NCBI GenBank assembly: GCA_030649895.1
Contig: JAUSEX010000040.1
Coordinates: forward strand, 16,839-80,838
Direction: 5' to 3'
From: Candidatus Omnitrophota bacterium
GTDB taxonomy: Bacteria > Omnitrophota > Gorgyraeia > Gorgyraeales > Gorgyraeaceae
DNA: 64,000 nt
The notes under the pieces are model-generated. The model searched no databases. It had not been told where the DNA came from and saw nothing but the letters and a program-made list of their open reading frames with translations. A program made the translations under genes and the position numbers. Positions 19,260 to 29,126 of this stretch are shown piece after piece. How positions within the stretch are numbered: the stretch's first letter is position 1; each line of letters opens with the position of its first letter.

Positions 19260-19864
19260 TTATAAAGGAAAAAATTATATTCCTGGCTCTTTTACCTGTG
19301 TTAGTAGCCACCATAGCGATAGGCATCAATACGCAGGAAAATAAAAAGAGATCAACGGACGAGTTTCTAAAGGATATTGAATCCGTGACAGAAAAGGCCA
19401 AGGCCAAAAAAAAGGTGGCCAAGGATAGTTGGGATATTGACGGGTTGAAGAAGCAGGAAACAATGGAGGATTATCTGGCCCTTGCGGAAAGAAATATCTT
19501 CTTCAGGCCTGTTTCTGAAGTCAGAAAGGAAATCCAGAGGGATATCGTGTCTTTAAAGGAAGAAGAGCCGAAGAAACCTTTGTTTGTCTATAAAGGCAGG
19601 ATGACGATGGGGGCCAGGATTATAGTTATTATAGAGGATCAGAATACAAGCAAAAGTTTCTCCGTTAAAGAAGGGGATTCAGCGGGCGATTTTACAGTCG
19701 TCAGCATAGGCGAAAAAGAAATATTGCTCAGGAAAAACGACGGAGAAGAAATTATTATTTCTACTGTCAAGGAAGAGAAAAAAGAAGAAAGGAAAGATGC
19801 TGAGGGTGGTCGTGATCGCTCCATGCAGACAGATTGGTCAGAGGGCATAGATGAAAAGAAATAA
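19256..19864 (+). CDS. pilP: PilP-like lipoprotein/pilotin-type component
   Basis: N-terminal TM/signal, a low-complexity linker and a C-terminal beta domain (GDSAGDFTVVSIGEKEILLRKNDGEEIII) resembling PilP; overlaps both neighbours. Confidence 0.4.
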   Translation: MIIKEKIIFLALLPVLVATIAIGINTQENKKRSTDEFLKDIESVTEKAKAKKKVAKDSWDIDGLKKQETMEDYLALAERNIFFRPVSEVRKEIQRDIVSLKEEEPKKPLFVYKGRMTMGARIIVIIEDQNTSKSFSVKEGDSAGDFTVVSIGEKEILLRKNDGEEIIISTVKEEKKEERKDAEGGRDRSMQTDWSEGIDEKK

Positions 19865-22346
19865 GGGATTCTACTGTGTATCATTTATAATGGCTGTATT
19901 CATGGCGCTGGAGTGCCTGCCTTCCGTGGTTTTTGCGTCAGTGGACCCTTCTCTCTCAAGGACTGTTGTTGCGTCAAAGGTCAACCTTAGGAAATATTTT
20001 GAAGAGGCTATGTCCATGTTTGAATCAGGCAAATACAGGGAAGCTATTATGATATTTGAGAAATTGATTGAAACAGAGAAAGATGATAACCAATCGTATT
20101 TTACGCCTTTCGCGGAGATTTATATTGAAAAATCCAAAGCCCGCATGACAGAGTTGATGATCATGGAAGAAAAGAAATGGGAAAAGATGAAAAAAGACGT
20201 GGTGGGAGAGGCAGAGGCCCTGGCCAGGAAAGAAAGCGATAGGATCGTTCAGGAAGAGCAAGAAAAGAAAAGGGCGCTATTGGATTCAAGGAAAAAAGAA
20301 GTGTATGAAAAAGAGCAGAATATAAAGTCTACGTTTGACAAGGCAGTGGCATTTTACAAGTCCAAGGATTATCCTTTCAGTATAGTGGAGTTCAAGAAGG
20401 TAAAAGAGATGGATCCCGGCAGTCTGCTTGCCAGCCAGGCAGATTCTTATATACGCAATATGCAGCAGGAAATAAAGAAAAATCAGGAGAAGGTGCTTCT
20501 TGTGAAGATGGAAGAGGCAAGGCGCGCCAAGCTGGACATGGAAAGGGAAGCAGAACTCAATAGAGTAGAGCTGGCCAGAAAAGAAAAACAAAAAGAGGCG
20601 CTCAGGATGATGTTTGAGCGCAGGTTAAAGATCAAAGAAGCCAGGGACAGAGTGGCCAAGCTGGCGGATTCGATGGACAGCATAATAGGCAATATCAGGG
20701 AAAAAAGATTTGACGCGGCAGAGGCCCTGGTGGATAACGCAATGCAGGAATTTCCTGAAAATGAAAAATTTAAAGAGATATTGCATTATATAGATATGCA
20801 GAAACTGAAAGCCGAAGAGATTGCACTGAAGAAAGCCCGGGAGCTGACAGAAGAAAGGATGATGCTGGATGTTGCGAGAAAACATATACTGCCGGAAGAA
20901 AAAACAGCTAAGCTGGAAAACGAAAAAAAAATAAAGCCTATCATAAAAATCCCTGAGATAAGGAAGCGGTTAAAAATACCCATAAGCGTTGATTTTAAAG
21001 ACGTGGAGCTGGATTATGTTCTGGGTTTCCTGTCGGATACGACAGGTGTGAACATAGTGCCTTCAACGGAAATAGATATGGCTGATAAAAAAGTGAGCAT
21101 GAGGATAAAAGACATGCCTCTCGAAGAGGCGTTGAGGTATATATTGAAATCCCAGGACCTGGTTTACAGGATAGAAGAAGACGCTGTATGGGTGGCTACA
21201 AAGGATGAGATCTCTAACGAAAAGATAGACACGAGGGTATATTTTTTAAGCCAGGGCATAGGCAGATTTGCTGAGTTCGCGACCCAGTCTTCATCAATCG
21301 GGGAGACGGGAGAGAGCAAATCCAGCCCCGCTGCCTCTTCAGAAGTAAAGACTGTTAAAGATATCCTGGATAATGCGGTTGAATGGCCTAAGGACTCAAA
21401 ATTGACGCTTGATGAACGCACCGGCGCGCTTATAATAAGCAACACGCCGTCAAACCTGGAAACCATAGAGAATCTTTTATATAATCTGGATATAACTCCC
21501 ATGCAGGTTTTGATTGAGGCCAGATTTTTGGAAGTCAAGGTGAGCGACCTGGACGATATAGGGGTTGAGTGGAAACTGAATGGCATATGGGCTATGGATA
21601 AAAACAGGGCTGGAAATGATGTATATGGGGTTAGCCAAAATAGCGGGGTGGATTTTTCGAATTTCAGCCGCTCAGACGAAGGGTTTAACCTTACGTATCA
21701 GGGCATATTGAGTAATCCGCAGTTTCAGGCAGCGATGCACGCGCTTCAGGAAAAGCAGAATGTAAAAACATTATCCGCGCCAAGGATAACCACTCTTAAC
21801 AATCAGACAGCCACGATAGAAATAGTTGACGAATATATATATCCTACGAGATATGAAGCGAGTCTTGTCCAGTACGACATAAACGGGGATGGGGATTTCA
21901 ATGACGCCGGAGAGACGGAATGGGTGAACGTGCCGCAAGATTTTGTGACGAGAAACGTGGGTATACTTTTGCATGTTAAACCAAGCGTGGGAGCGGACAA
22001 AAAGAGCATCACGCTTGCGTTAACCCCTGAAGTCAGCGAAGACGCTGGGACTTTCACGTATTCTGGAAATGTCAGTATACCTAATTTTACTACCAGGAAC
22101 CTGAGCACAAGCGTAATGGTTAAAGATGGCGAGACAATAGTGCTTGGCGGGCTTATAAAAGAGACGAATACAACTGTGAAGACAAAGGTTCCGGTGCTTG
22201 GCAATATACCTTTTGTAGGCGGATTATTCAGAAAGAACACTGATTCCAAAGAAAGAAGGAATCTTTTAATATTCGTTACCGCCACTATTACAAACAAAGA
22301 AGAGAATAAAGTCGCAAGCGTTGAGACCCTGGAAGAGGGTTTTTAA
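19851..22346 (+). CDS. pilQ: Secretin (PilQ/GspD family) with a ~400-aa N-terminal coiled-coil/TPR-like extension
   Basis: Signal peptide; long K/E-rich helical region; secretin N-domain (IPISVDFKDVELDYVLGFLSD...); C-terminal secretin core (VLIEARFLEVKVSDLDDIGVEW ... TIVLGGLIKE ... VPVLGNIPFVGGLFRK ... RNLLIFVTATI). Confidence 0.75.
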   Translation: MKRNKGFYCVSFIMAVFMALECLPSVVFASVDPSLSRTVVASKVNLRKYFEEAMSMFESGKYREAIMIFEKLIETEKDDNQSYFTPFAEIYIEKSKARMTELMIMEEKKWEKMKKDVVGEAEALARKESDRIVQEEQEKKRALLDSRKKEVYEKEQNIKSTFDKAVAFYKSKDYPFSIVEFKKVKEMDPGSLLASQADSYIRNMQQEIKKNQEKVLLVKMEEARRAKLDMEREAELNRVELARKEKQKEALRMMFERRLKIKEARDRVAKLADSMDSIIGNIREKRFDAAEALVDNAMQEFPENEKFKEILHYIDMQKLKAEEIALKKARELTEERMMLDVARKHILPEEKTAKLENEKKIKPIIKIPEIRKRLKIPISVDFKDVELDYVLGFLSDTTGVNIVPSTEIDMADKKVSMRIKDMPLEEALRYILKSQDLVYRIEEDAVWVATKDEISNEKIDTRVYFLSQGIGRFAEFATQSSSIGETGESKSSPAASSEVKTVKDILDNAVEWPKDSKLTLDERTGALIISNTPSNLETIENLLYNLDITPMQVLIEARFLEVKVSDLDDIGVEWKLNGIWAMDKNRAGNDVYGVSQNSGVDFSNFSRSDEGFNLTYQGILSNPQFQAAMHALQEKQNVKTLSAPRITTLNNQTATIEIVDEYIYPTRYEASLVQYDINGDGDFNDAGETEWVNVPQDFVTRNVGILLHVKPSVGADKKSITLALTPEVSEDAGTFTYSGNVSIPNFTTRNLSTSVMVKDGETIVLGGLIKETNTTVKTKVPVLGNIPFVGGLFRKNTDSKERRNLLIFVTATITNKEENKVASVETLEEGF

Positions 22347-22355
22347 AACAGTAAA

Positions 22356-23864
22356 ATGGCCATGAATTTTATGATACGTATATTGTTATGCATAGTCTTA
22401 TTTTTAAGCCCCGGAGCTTGTTTTGCTTATGAGATGAAGTCTGTCAAGGGAGACAGCAGCGTCACCAGCGATAAGTCTAGCATTGTAGAAATCCCTGAGA
22501 TAAGAAAAAAGCTCAAGACGCCAATAACAGTGGACTTTATGGATGTGGGCCTTGACTATGTCATGGATTTTTTATCAGAGGCCACAGACGTTAATATAAT
22601 ACCAGGCAGCGGGGTAAAGCTTTCAGAAAAAAAGGTTACCATGAAGGTTAAAGATATGCCTCTGGAGAGCCTTTTGAAATATATATTCAGAAATCAGGGG
22701 CTTATATACAGGATTGAGAAAAATGCCGTATGGGTGGATACGATAGATAACATGGATAATGAAACTTCTGAGACCAGGATGTATTTTTTGGATCAGGGCC
22801 TTGCCATGTTCACGGAATTCAGCGGCGGCTCAGGCGAAGGAGGCGCTGCTATATCAAAAATAAAAACCATAAAGGACATACTTGAAAATGCGGTAGTATG
22901 GCCTTCTGATTCTAAGATCAACCTGGATGAACGCACCAGCGCTTTGATAGTGACAAATACGCCGTCCAATCTTAAGATTATAGAAGACATATTATATAAT
23001 CTGGATATCGATGCTACTCAGATCCTGGTGGAAGCGAGATTTGTTGAGGTAAACATCACTGACCTCAGCGAGTTAGGGGTGAATCTATCGTTGGACGGCC
23101 CGTGGGCCATAAATAAACAAGAAGTCAGCGGCACTGAAAATGGCGCGATTACTCAGGTAGGCTCGTCAAGCGGTTCAAGATTTTCAACATTTACAGGTTC
23201 GCCGGACGAAGGGCTGAACCTTACATATCAAGGTATATTGACAAGGCCGCAGTTTTCCGTAGTGCTGCACGCGCTTGATAAAAAGACAAATATAAAAACG
23301 CTTTCCGCTCCAAAAATAACTACATTGAATAATCAGACCGCTACCATAGAGATAGCCGATGAGTTTGTGTATCCTACGCGATATGAGCCGACCCTTGTAA
23401 AAGAGGATTTGAACGGAGACGAAGATTTTCTGGATACTGTAAATGGCGTCAAAGAGACTCGTTTTGTGAACGTGCCCCAGGGTTTTCAAACAAGGCCTAT
23501 CGGGATTTTATTGCATGTAACCCCGAGCGCTGGCAAAGATAAGGAGACGATAACATTAACCCTTAACCCTGAAGTCAGCGAGGCTACAGCCGATGCATTT
23601 CAATATAGCGGAGAAGTTAAGCTACCTAAATTTACCACCAGGAACCTCAGCACTAATATAGCTGTGCAAAACGGGGATACCGTGGTCCTGGGAGGGCTCA
23701 TAAAAGAATCAAGGACAAACACAAGGACAAAGGTGCCTTTTTTAGGGGACATACCTATATTGGGCATGCTTTTTAAGAAGGATTCGGACGGCACGACAAG
23801 AAAAAATCTTTTGATATTTGTCACAGCTACTATCTTGAGCCCGGAAGGAGAGAAGTTAAAATGA
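22356..23864 (+). CDS. Second secretin paralog (PilQ/GspD family), no N-terminal extension
   Basis: Signal peptide and secretin N-domain alignable with the first secretin (IPEIRKKLKTPITVDFMDVGLDYVMDFLSE vs IPEIRKRLKIPISVDFKDVELDYVLGFLSD), then the secretin core (ILVEARFVEVNITDLSELGV ... VVLGGLIKE ... VPFLGDIPILGMLFKK). Confidence 0.75.
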   Translation: MAMNFMIRILLCIVLFLSPGACFAYEMKSVKGDSSVTSDKSSIVEIPEIRKKLKTPITVDFMDVGLDYVMDFLSEATDVNIIPGSGVKLSEKKVTMKVKDMPLESLLKYIFRNQGLIYRIEKNAVWVDTIDNMDNETSETRMYFLDQGLAMFTEFSGGSGEGGAAISKIKTIKDILENAVVWPSDSKINLDERTSALIVTNTPSNLKIIEDILYNLDIDATQILVEARFVEVNITDLSELGVNLSLDGPWAINKQEVSGTENGAITQVGSSSGSRFSTFTGSPDEGLNLTYQGILTRPQFSVVLHALDKKTNIKTLSAPKITTLNNQTATIEIADEFVYPTRYEPTLVKEDLNGDEDFLDTVNGVKETRFVNVPQGFQTRPIGILLHVTPSAGKDKETITLTLNPEVSEATADAFQYSGEVKLPKFTTRNLSTNIAVQNGDTVVLGGLIKESRTNTRTKVPFLGDIPILGMLFKKDSDGTTRKNLLIFVTATILSPEGEKLK

Positions 23865-24862
23865 GCATAAAAAATATTAAAGACGTGGCAAGGGAAGCCG
23901 GCGTGTCAATAGCTACTGTCTCAAGAGTTGTAAATAAATTAGGGTCTGTAAAAAAATATAACAAGGATAAGGTGGAGCTGGCTATTAAGAAATTAAAATT
24001 CAGGCCCAATATGAGCGCCCAGCGCCTTGCGTCAAAACATAACAATAATATAATAGGCCTTGTCATACCCAGATACACTGATATATTTCATTCGTTTTAC
24101 GCTCTTCAGATATTGCAGGGCGTAGGGGTTGAGGTGGAACGCATGAAGATGGACTTGTTGCTGCACGTTACCAACGGAAGCTCGTTTTTAAATATCTCCA
24201 GCGTGGAGGGAGTGATATTTTCTGATATTATAGGCAATGAGGATCAGGTAGATGGGGTGATCGAGGCAGGGCTTCCATGCGTTATAATGAATTATGACAC
24301 CAAAGATCTTCCTGTAACATGTATATCAATAGACAATTTTAACGCAGCCAGCAACGCGATTAATTATCTTGTAAAATTAGGGCATTCCAGGATAGCTACT
24401 ATTACAGGCGCCCTGAAGACGCAAGTGGCGATAGACAGGTTAAATGGTTATTTGACAGCGCTGGAAAAAAATAAGATCGATAAGAAAAAGGATTATATAA
24501 AATACGGAGATTTCGGAAGAGAATCCGCGCGGACCCTGACAAAGGATCTTATAAAGATGAAGTGCCCGCCTACCGCGATATTTGCCGCGAGCGATGAGAT
24601 GGCGGTAGGGGCTATGCAGGTATGTTTGGAAAACGGCGTCAGCGTGCCGGGAGATATGTCAATTATAGGATTTGACGATAACCCGCTGGCGCTGAGTTAC
24701 AGCCCTTTGCCTCTTACGACCATAAGACAGCCTTTGCATAAAATGGCCTTGATTGCCACGCAGACGCTTAACCAGATTATCCAGAAAAAAATAAGATCTA
24801 ATAAAAGAATTGTGCTCTCTACGGAGCTGGTGGAAAGAAGTTCCTGCCGGGCGTTGGCTTGA
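23861..24862 (+). CDS. LacI-family transcriptional regulator
   Basis: N-terminal HTH IKDVAREAGVSIATVSRVVNK plus a periplasmic-binding-protein-like sugar-binding fold; 333 aa. Confidence 0.75.
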   Translation: MSIKNIKDVAREAGVSIATVSRVVNKLGSVKKYNKDKVELAIKKLKFRPNMSAQRLASKHNNNIIGLVIPRYTDIFHSFYALQILQGVGVEVERMKMDLLLHVTNGSSFLNISSVEGVIFSDIIGNEDQVDGVIEAGLPCVIMNYDTKDLPVTCISIDNFNAASNAINYLVKLGHSRIATITGALKTQVAIDRLNGYLTALEKNKIDKKKDYIKYGDFGRESARTLTKDLIKMKCPPTAIFAASDEMAVGAMQVCLENGVSVPGDMSIIGFDDNPLALSYSPLPLTTIRQPLHKMALIATQTLNQIIQKKIRSNKRIVLSTELVERSSCRALA

Positions 24863-24918
24863 TAATAATCGCGGAACCACGCGGAAGCCATGCTTAAATT
24901 TCGCATGGTTTCGCGATT
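24863..24918. repeat. Family C repeat (copy 1 of 2): TAATAATCGCGGAACCACGCGGAAGCC...TTTCGCGATT hairpin, terminator-like
   Basis: Begins at the lacI stop (TGA) TAATAATCGCGG. Arms AATCGCGGAACCA/TGGTTTCGCGATT. The 26-nt 5' half is nearly identical to 51766-51791. Confidence 0.6.
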
Positions 24919-24934
24919 GACAAAAGGGGCAATT

Positions 24935-25177
24935 ATGTTAAAAAAGGCTTTTATGTTTTTTATAGGATTTCTATGCGCTTGGATTATTTTTTCGATGGGA
25001 ATAAAAAAAGGCGTATGTCAGGTAAACACGCCGTCTAATATTTATTTTTCCGGGGATAGCACTAATATCTATTTTTTTGACAAGGACGAATTTAAGATAT
25101 ATAAGTACAATACGCAAGGCAAACTAACCCGCACCTATACAGTCAAAGAATTAGGAAAAGACTTTCTGTTGAAATAA
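24935..25177 (+). CDS. Small hypothetical membrane protein
   Basis: AAAAGGGG SD then ATG; one TM (FMFFIGFLCAWIIFSMG). The ORF-track start at 24890 lies inside the family C repeat and is probably an artefact. Confidence 0.3.
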   Translation: MLKKAFMFFIGFLCAWIIFSMGIKKGVCQVNTPSNIYFSGDSTNIYFFDKDEFKIYKYNTQGKLTRTYTVKELGKDFLLK

Positions 25178-25178
25178 C

Positions 25179-26450
25179 GTGTTTCATTTACTCGTATCAG
25201 ATAAATCAGGCAAGATATTCGATATTCCAGAGCTGGAAGCCGCAGGGATGAAGGCAGGTCATTTTTTCAAGCCCGACAGAGAAGAATTTATTAAACTTCC
25301 GGAAGCCAGCAAACTTTTTATGCTGCCTGAAAGAATACCTGTGGGATACGATAGTATTAGCGGAAAATGCAGGGCGCTGGAAAATTATTTTGCGGTAGCC
25401 GCGTTTATAGCGCCGGGATTTACAGGCACTTATAGCGCTGCTCATGAACTTATCCGACTCCGTGAGTCGCCGTACGGCGACTCACGGAGTCGGAATAAGG
25501 CGCTCCCGCTTTTCTGTTACACCGCAGCTGGTTTTTATAAAGGGGATATCTATGTTGCTGCAGTCAGGGTAGACAGGTCAAGCAGGCATGATCCGAGACT
25601 CATAAATATCAAACTCGTAGCTAAAAATATAATAAAAATAAAAAAGTTATTTCCCGCTAACAGGCTTATCAGGCATCTAGAAGGCTGCGCTATGATCCAT
25701 GGCTGTCCAGGCGCGCAGAATTTTTTCTTATCAAGAGAGGAATGCCCTTTACCCGTATCTCCTTCCTGCAACGCAAGCTGCGCAGGATGTATCTCATTAA
25801 AGACGCAGCCAAGGATAAAATTTACGCCTTCTCCGGAAGAAATAGCAGAGACAGCTTTATTTTATATTCGTAATGTTACAGCAGGGGGCGGTCGCAACCG
25901 CCCCCTGCTTAGTTTCGGCCAGGGATGCGAAGGCGAACCTTTGATGGAGGCTGATTTAATTGAAAAATCAATAAGGTTGATCAGAGGCAAAACCGATAAG
26001 GGCGCTATAAATATCAATACAAACGCCTCTAGGCATGAGGCGATAGCCAGGCTGTTTGATGCGGGGCTGGATAGCATCAGGGTCAGCATGAATAGCGCCA
26101 GGAAAGAATATTACGAAAGGTATTATAAACCCAGGGGGTATGGTTTTGAGGATGTATTATCGTCTATAAGAATAGCTAAACAGAAAAAAGGTTTTGTGTC
26201 AATTAATTATTTAACTATGCCTGGGTTTACGGATTCTGAGGATGAATTTGCAGCGTTTAAGAAATTTATAGAGGCTTACAGGATAGATATGATCCAATGG
26301 CGCAACCTGAATTTTGACCCTCTTCATTACTTTAAGATCATGAAATACTATGGCCGGCCTTCTGCCATGATAGGCGTCAGGCAATTGATAGTCTCCCTGA
26401 AAAAATCTTTCCCCGCCCTCAAGATGGGCTACTATAACCCGTTTTTATAA
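25179..26450 (+). CDS. Radical SAM domain protein carrying an in-frame palindromic repeat insertion
   Basis: CxxxCxxC motif (SPSCNASCAGCISL) and a TIM-barrel-like downstream region. The family A palindrome at 25453-25494 is read in-frame as IRLRESPYGDSRSRN. Confidence 0.6.
   Translation: MFHLLVSDKSGKIFDIPELEAAGMKAGHFFKPDREEFIKLPEASKLFMLPERIPVGYDSISGKCRALENYFAVAAFIAPGFTGTYSAAHELIRLRESPYGDSRSRNKALPLFCYTAAGFYKGDIYVAAVRVDRSSRHDPRLINIKLVAKNIIKIKKLFPANRLIRHLEGCAMIHGCPGAQNFFLSREECPLPVSPSCNASCAGCISLKTQPRIKFTPSPEEIAETALFYIRNVTAGGGRNRPLLSFGQGCEGEPLMEADLIEKSIRLIRGKTDKGAININTNASRHEAIARLFDAGLDSIRVSMNSARKEYYERYYKPRGYGFEDVLSSIRIAKQKKGFVSINYLTMPGFTDSEDEFAAFKKFIEAYRIDMIQWRNLNFDPLHYFKIMKYYGRPSAMIGVRQLIVSLKKSFPALKMGYYNPFL
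25449..25498. repeat. Family A palindromic element (copy 1 of 4), inside a CDS
   Basis: 42-nt perfect palindrome TCCGACTCCGTGAGTCGCCG-TA-CGGCGACTCACGGAGTCGGA with TTAT/ATAA flanks. Confidence 0.85.
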
Positions 26451-26509
26451 AAAGCTATTATTATATTAATTGATTTTTCCATATATATAATGTTATAATC
26501 TAGAGACAT

Positions 26510-27451
26510 ATGAAAAAACTAGCTATAGTTGCTATATTTATATTATGCGTGATGGCTGGGCCTGCGTTTGGGTATTGGATATGGACTCCTGAGAACGGCA
26601 AGTGGGAGAACCCTAAACATGCTGCCAAGGACACCCCTGAAGATCAGATGATGTACGCTAAAGAGCTTTACGAGGCTAAAAATACCAAAGATGCGCTCAG
26701 AGAGTTTAAGAAATTATTAAAATATTACCCTCTTTCAAAAGAAGCGCCTACGGCGCAGTATTATGTGGGTTGCATAATGGAAGACATGGATAATTTTTAC
26801 GAGGCATTCAAGGCGTACCAGAAGGTTATAGACACCTATCCTTATACTGAATTGGTAGACGATGTAATAGAAAGGGAATATAAAATAGCCGATGCGTTCT
26901 TTTCAGGCAAAAAGATAAAGATTGTAGGTAAATGGCAGATGCCCGCAAAAGACAAGGCGATAGAAATATTTAAGGCAGTGGCTGACAATGCGCCGTACGG
27001 CAAGTACGCAGACATTGCCAGGTTTAAGGCTGGGATGGCGTATAAAGATATCCAGGATTATGATAGCGCTATACTTATGTTTAAGGATCTAATAGACAGG
27101 TACCCGAATAGCCCTGTAATTGACAAGGCGAGGTTTCAGATGGCAGAATGCTCCAAGCTTTTATCTGTAAAGCCGGAATATGACCAGACTCCCACTAATC
27201 TTGCGCGTAAAGAATTTGAGGATTTTTTAGATAAACATCCTGATAGCGTTATGGCGCCTGACGCCAGGCAGGTTGTGGATAAGCTAAAGTCGCGGGAAGC
27301 GGAAAACGCATATGAAACAGGTAAATTTTATGAAGCGCGTAAAGCGCCTGAAAGCGCTATAATATACTATAAAGATATAATTCAAAATTACCCAGATACG
27401 GAATGGGTAAAAAAAGCGCAGGAGAGGCTTAATGAACTGGAAAAGAAATAA
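26510..27451 (+). CDS. bamD: TPR-repeat outer-membrane assembly factor, BamD/YfiO-like
   Basis: Signal peptide, then TPR-like helical repeats with recurring ...YP(N/Y)(S/T)... repeat ends as in BamD; no lipobox Cys. Confidence 0.45.
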   Translation: MKKLAIVAIFILCVMAGPAFGYWIWTPENGKWENPKHAAKDTPEDQMMYAKELYEAKNTKDALREFKKLLKYYPLSKEAPTAQYYVGCIMEDMDNFYEAFKAYQKVIDTYPYTELVDDVIEREYKIADAFFSGKKIKIVGKWQMPAKDKAIEIFKAVADNAPYGKYADIARFKAGMAYKDIQDYDSAILMFKDLIDRYPNSPVIDKARFQMAECSKLLSVKPEYDQTPTNLARKEFEDFLDKHPDSVMAPDARQVVDKLKSREAENAYETGKFYEARKAPESAIIYYKDIIQNYPDTEWVKKAQERLNELEKK

Positions 27452-28037
27452 AGCTTTATTGTTTAAGCGGGTCTGTCGAAGACAGTTTTGCCGAGAACTT
27501 CTCGACCTTGCTCGAGGTTTATTATTAGTTATATTTTTGCTTGCTTTCGCAGGCTGCGGCTATACCGCAAAGACTATCTTCCCGAATAATATAAAGACGG
27601 TCCATGTGGATATGTTCAAAAATAATATAGATATAACCAAAGAGGTCAGCGCAAAGGATAACTACGAGGTCTACAGGCCAAACCTGGAAATGGATTTGAG
27701 GGACGTGATCGTGAACAGGATTTTTCTAGACGGTAATTTTAAAGTGGCTGATAAAGATTCCGCAGACGCGGTGTTGGAAGGCGAGATCCTGCAATACAGA
27801 AAAGATCCATTGAGGTATCAGGATGAGGTTGCGCAGGAATACCGGATTAGCCTTATATGCGATGTTAAGCTGATAAACCAAAAAGACTCTTCTATTTTAT
27901 TTGAAGAAGAAAATATAACAGGCGATACCACATATTTTACAACCGGCGCTCTTCAGAAAACAGAGACATCCGCTCTGAATGACGCGATGCTGGACCTTGC
28001 AAGGCGGGTCGTTAACAAGATCATAGAAAATTGGTAG
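27432..28037 (+). CDS. lptE: LPS-assembly lipoprotein LptE-like
   Basis: Signal peptide with lipobox (LLAFAGCGY); size and position immediately upstream of holA as in the conserved lptE-holA arrangement. The true start may be internal. Confidence 0.5.
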   Translation: MNWKRNKALLFKRVCRRQFCRELLDLARGLLLVIFLLAFAGCGYTAKTIFPNNIKTVHVDMFKNNIDITKEVSAKDNYEVYRPNLEMDLRDVIVNRIFLDGNFKVADKDSADAVLEGEILQYRKDPLRYQDEVAQEYRISLICDVKLINQKDSSILFEEENITGDTTYFTTGALQKTETSALNDAMLDLARRVVNKIIENW

Positions 28038-28137
28038 AATACAAGCCCAAGATTAAAAACTTTGTTTTTGAGTTTTGGTCTTCACCTTTTTACTTTCGAT
28101 CTTTTACTTAACAAGTTTACTTATCATTTAATTTTAT

Positions 28138-29103
28138 ATGCCCACCAAAGAGCTTACCTCGTATCTTTTCTTAGGGGAAGAGGATTTCTTAAAAGAGACA
28201 GAGCTTAAAAAATTAAAGTCCAGATTCCTGGAAAACTCCACCAGGGATTTGAACTATAATGTCTTTTACGCGAAAGACAAAGACTTCAAACTTAAAGAGG
28301 CGCTGGATATCCTGAACACGACGCCTTTCGTATCTCCCAAAAGGTTTGTGATCTTGAAAGACACTGACAGCCTTTCCGCCAGCGATAAAGAATCAGTGCT
28401 TTTTTATCTGAAGAATCCCAAAGAAAGCTCTATTTTTATAATAGATTCAAAATCATCCAAGATAAAAGAAGGGTTTATGTTAGAGGCGTCCAAGCTCACA
28501 AAGCTTATACGCTCCGACAGGCTTATGGATTCTGAAATCAATGCCTGGATTTTAAAGAGAACCCTGGCGGCCGGGAAGAAAATAAGCGTTGAAGCCGTTA
28601 ACCTGATAAAAGAAAATCTCCCCAATGATTTGAACATACTTTGTTCCAGCGTAGACACCCTTATTCTATACGCAGGCAAAAGGCCTGATATAACAAAACA
28701 GGATGTTGAGAAGATAATATACGTCGCGCCTCTTAAAACCAGTTTTGACCTGCTGGACGCTATAGAAAAAAAAGACGTGAAAAAGGCCATGAATATTTTT
28801 GCAAGTATCCAGAAATACAAAAGAAGGGAAACAGAGCTTTTGTTGGGGCTTTTATCCTGGCAGTTCAGGATGCTATTGAGAGTGAAGGAACTTCTTAAAA
28901 TAAGAAATAAACCGGAGATACAGAAAGAATTAAACCTGTATAGCTCGAAGTTTGATCAGATTGCGCGTTACGCAGCCAGGTTTAAAAGGCAGGAGATAGT
29001 CAGGGTTTTAGATGAGATATTAAAGGCGGACAGCGATATCAAGACAGGGGAGTCGTTGCCTAAGTTTGCGCTGGAGAAATTAATATTTAAGATGTGCTTA
29101 TGA
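28138..29103 (+). CDS. holA: DNA polymerase III delta subunit
   Basis: 321 aa with an N-terminal Rossmann-like delta fold (YLFLGEEDFLKETELKKLKSRF ... VFYAKDKDF) and C-terminal helical domains. Confidence 0.7.
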   Translation: MPTKELTSYLFLGEEDFLKETELKKLKSRFLENSTRDLNYNVFYAKDKDFKLKEALDILNTTPFVSPKRFVILKDTDSLSASDKESVLFYLKNPKESSIFIIDSKSSKIKEGFMLEASKLTKLIRSDRLMDSEINAWILKRTLAAGKKISVEAVNLIKENLPNDLNILCSSVDTLILYAGKRPDITKQDVEKIIYVAPLKTSFDLLDAIEKKDVKKAMNIFASIQKYKRRETELLLGLLSWQFRMLLRVKELLKIRNKPEIQKELNLYSSKFDQIARYAARFKRQEIVRVLDEILKADSDIKTGESLPKFALEKLIFKMCL

Positions 29104-29126
29104 TCGGCGCCACGTCCCGGTCGCAG

